DNA of 37,082 bases from a virus: UHGV virus genome UHGV-0194485; one strand, 5' to 3'. The first letter of the stretch is position 1. Every line of letters starts with the position of its first letter. Under the pieces are notes generated by a model. It ran no database searches. It was given only the letters and a program-made list of their open reading frames with translations, and was not told the origin of the DNA. The translations under genes and the position numbers were made by a program. Positions 35,436 through 37,082 of this stretch are shown here, piece by piece.

Positions 35436-36893
35436 CGACCCTCCACTCCCATCCGCTCTGGTCCAACGCCTCGTCCATCGCGTCCCTGCGCTTCGCCACC
35501 AGGTCCCAATCTCCCGATCCTATCGCCGCGAGGTAGTAGTGGTAGCACGTCTGCAGCCTCTTCCGCTTGTCCTCCGGCATGGTCGCGCCGGTCAGGATGT
35601 CGTCGATGCACAGCGCGTAGTCCATCGCCCGGCGATGGGCATGGCGTTCCCGTTCCATCTCGTTTTGGAGTTTGCAACCGTTGAAATAAAGGATGCTCGC
35701 GCAGATGATAGCGAGTATCCCGGATATCAGTGTGATCCAATCCGCCATCCATCTCTCCTCTCCCTCGCTCCTGATGCGTAGCTTCCGCATCCGAACCCCT
35801 CCGGGTCCCATCTGATCTGACAGCGGTTGTGTCTGCAGTACGGCGACAGTCCGCGCCAGGTCAGACTGTCGCACTCGTAGCATGTGAACCAGTCGCGCGA
35901 CATGAACGCGTGGATCTTCGCCATCGCTCGTCCACCTCGAACATCATCGCTCCGACGATGTGCTTCCCGTTGAGGATGCGCACGGTGCCGGGCTTGGGGC
36001 CTCTGCTTACAACACACCCGCCCTCGTTGATTCTGCTCCTGATGATATCGAGCCTTCTCTCCGCCGCCTTCTGCGTCCCGTAGATCTCGTCGATGACGAG
36101 GATGCTCTCGTGCGTCGGATAAACGCAGACGCGCCATTGAGTCATTCCTCCCTCTCCTCCCTTATCCACGCCTTCATCTCCTGCGTCCCCTGGATGACCG
36201 CCTCCTCGAATTGGAGGTCTCCGGCGTACCACGCCACATCAGACAGGAGGTCCTGGATCATGCCGAGCCTCCTGTCGTACTCCTCGGGCATGAGACCCCT
36301 CAAGCGGTCCAACGCCTCGATCGCGGTTGTGAGGGCGTTCCATGTGTTGCTCGTATGATCGAGTTCGTCGGTCATTCGTCGTCCTCCCATTGCGTCAGAT
36401 CCGCCTGTCTCGGATAGTCCAGGGCCTTTTCGAGTTGGGCGAACAACGACTGCTCCTCCGCGCTGAATCCCTCCAAGTGTCTGATGTGCATACGGATGGA
36501 CGCGCCCGAAATGGGATTGCGCTTGATGACATCGAGATCGGTCATTTCTTCGCCTCCTTGAGTTCCTTGCGATCCTGTCGCACATCCTCTTTGTCTGGGC
36601 CCTCTGTTCCTTCATGAGCTTCTTCATCCCATTGTACGCCTGTATGCGTTGATTTTGAAGACAGTCGAAGCACAGGCCCATGTCTGCCGCCTGTTCCTCT
36701 GCGGGATGGTTCGGGATGAACGTCTTTCCGCAGGTCTTGCATGTGCACTCGGTCATTCCTCCGCCTCCTTACCCGACTTGCCCGCCCCTGCTGGAGCAGG
36801 GGTCCAAACGTAGGTGATCATCATCCCGCATCTGAGACATCTGAACTCATCTCCATCTCTCTTTATCGGTCTCTTGCACATGCAAGTCTTCAC
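35432..36893 (-). CDS. cluster of small genes (starts at 35748 TM-anchored, 35924 Cys-rich, 36145, 36375, 36545, 36756 Zn-finger, 36893 Zn-ribbon)
   Basis: Mostly ATGA/GTGA-coupled ORFs with GGAGG RBSs. Two have uncertain 3' ends. Confidence 0.55.
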
Positions 36894-37082
36894 TCGTCTC
36901 CCTCCTCTTTGAGCGCCTTGTTGCATTCGCATCTCCTGAGCGCGCGCATCAGCCATCTCACCTCGTCCCATTCGAGCCAGCACCTGCGCGACTTCAGTCT
37001 GTCGTCATCGATGCTCAGAGTAAGGCGCCCGTCCTGCATGACATGGACGTTCATCCGGAGGTCGTCGGCCAGGTCGTAGGTC
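36890..37082 (-). CDS. 67-aa hypothetical protein spanning the window junction (starts at position 11)
   Basis: ATG at 11 reads MTLM|TYDLADDL...EEGDE* across the join, with overlaps at both ends. Confidence 0.75.
   Translation of the reverse strand, partial: TYDLADDLRMNVHVMQDGRLTLSIDDDRLKSRRCWLEWDEVRWLMRALRRCECNKALKEEGDE

Larger units (their letters stand above)
1..37082 (-). mobile_element. Complete circular genome of a temperate head-tail (siphovirus-like) virus, probable archaeal host (Methanomassiliicoccales inferred)
   Basis: Full morphogenesis module, internal integrase and single coding strand. An ORF reads through the joined ends. The host is inferred from promoters, adhesin type and amber usage. 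Confidence 0.88.

Noticed and set aside
84..37079. Long plus-strand ORFs (e.g. 24624-25868, 28899-29867, 33004-34044)
   Set aside because: Antisense shadows of high-GC minus-strand genes, with no motifs and no RBS/promoter context.
1..37082. Second DGR target elsewhere in the genome
   Set aside because: I saw no other copy of the TR 3' segment by eye. A local alignment of TR against the genome would settle this.

Overview
This window is most likely the complete, circular 37,082-bp genome of a temperate siphovirus-like head-tail virus. Joining the two ends restores an intact ORF. Every credible gene is on the minus strand. Reading in transcription order: small and large terminase, SPP1-type portal, minor head protein, scaffold, capsid, head-tail joining proteins, major tail protein, chaperones, tape measure, baseplate and Ig-like proteins, tail fibre, membrane/adhesin genes, a small early cassette, a tyrosine integrase, an ERF-like recombinase and a long run of tiny genes rich in winged-helix and Cys-rich proteins. 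I infer an archaeal host, probably Methanomassiliicoccales. The grounds are TATA-type promoters about 24 nt before start codons, InlB-B-repeat adhesins, no recognisable endolysin, and TAG found inside genes but never as a stop among the genes checked. The best-supported system is a compact diversity-generating retroelement (DGR): RT 15147-16181, template repeat (TR) 16318-16439 and variable repeat (VR) 16592-16713 at the 3' end of the tail-fibre gene. All 17 TR/VR mismatches fall at TR adenines, and no avd gene is visible. Other highlights are two promoter-bearing genes with in-frame amber codons (candidate pyrrolysine), Tad2/DUF2829-like anti-defence proteins, a probable -1 frameshift adding a B-repeat domain to the major tail protein, and two classes of repeated promoter. 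All family assignments come from motif recognition; no database search was run.
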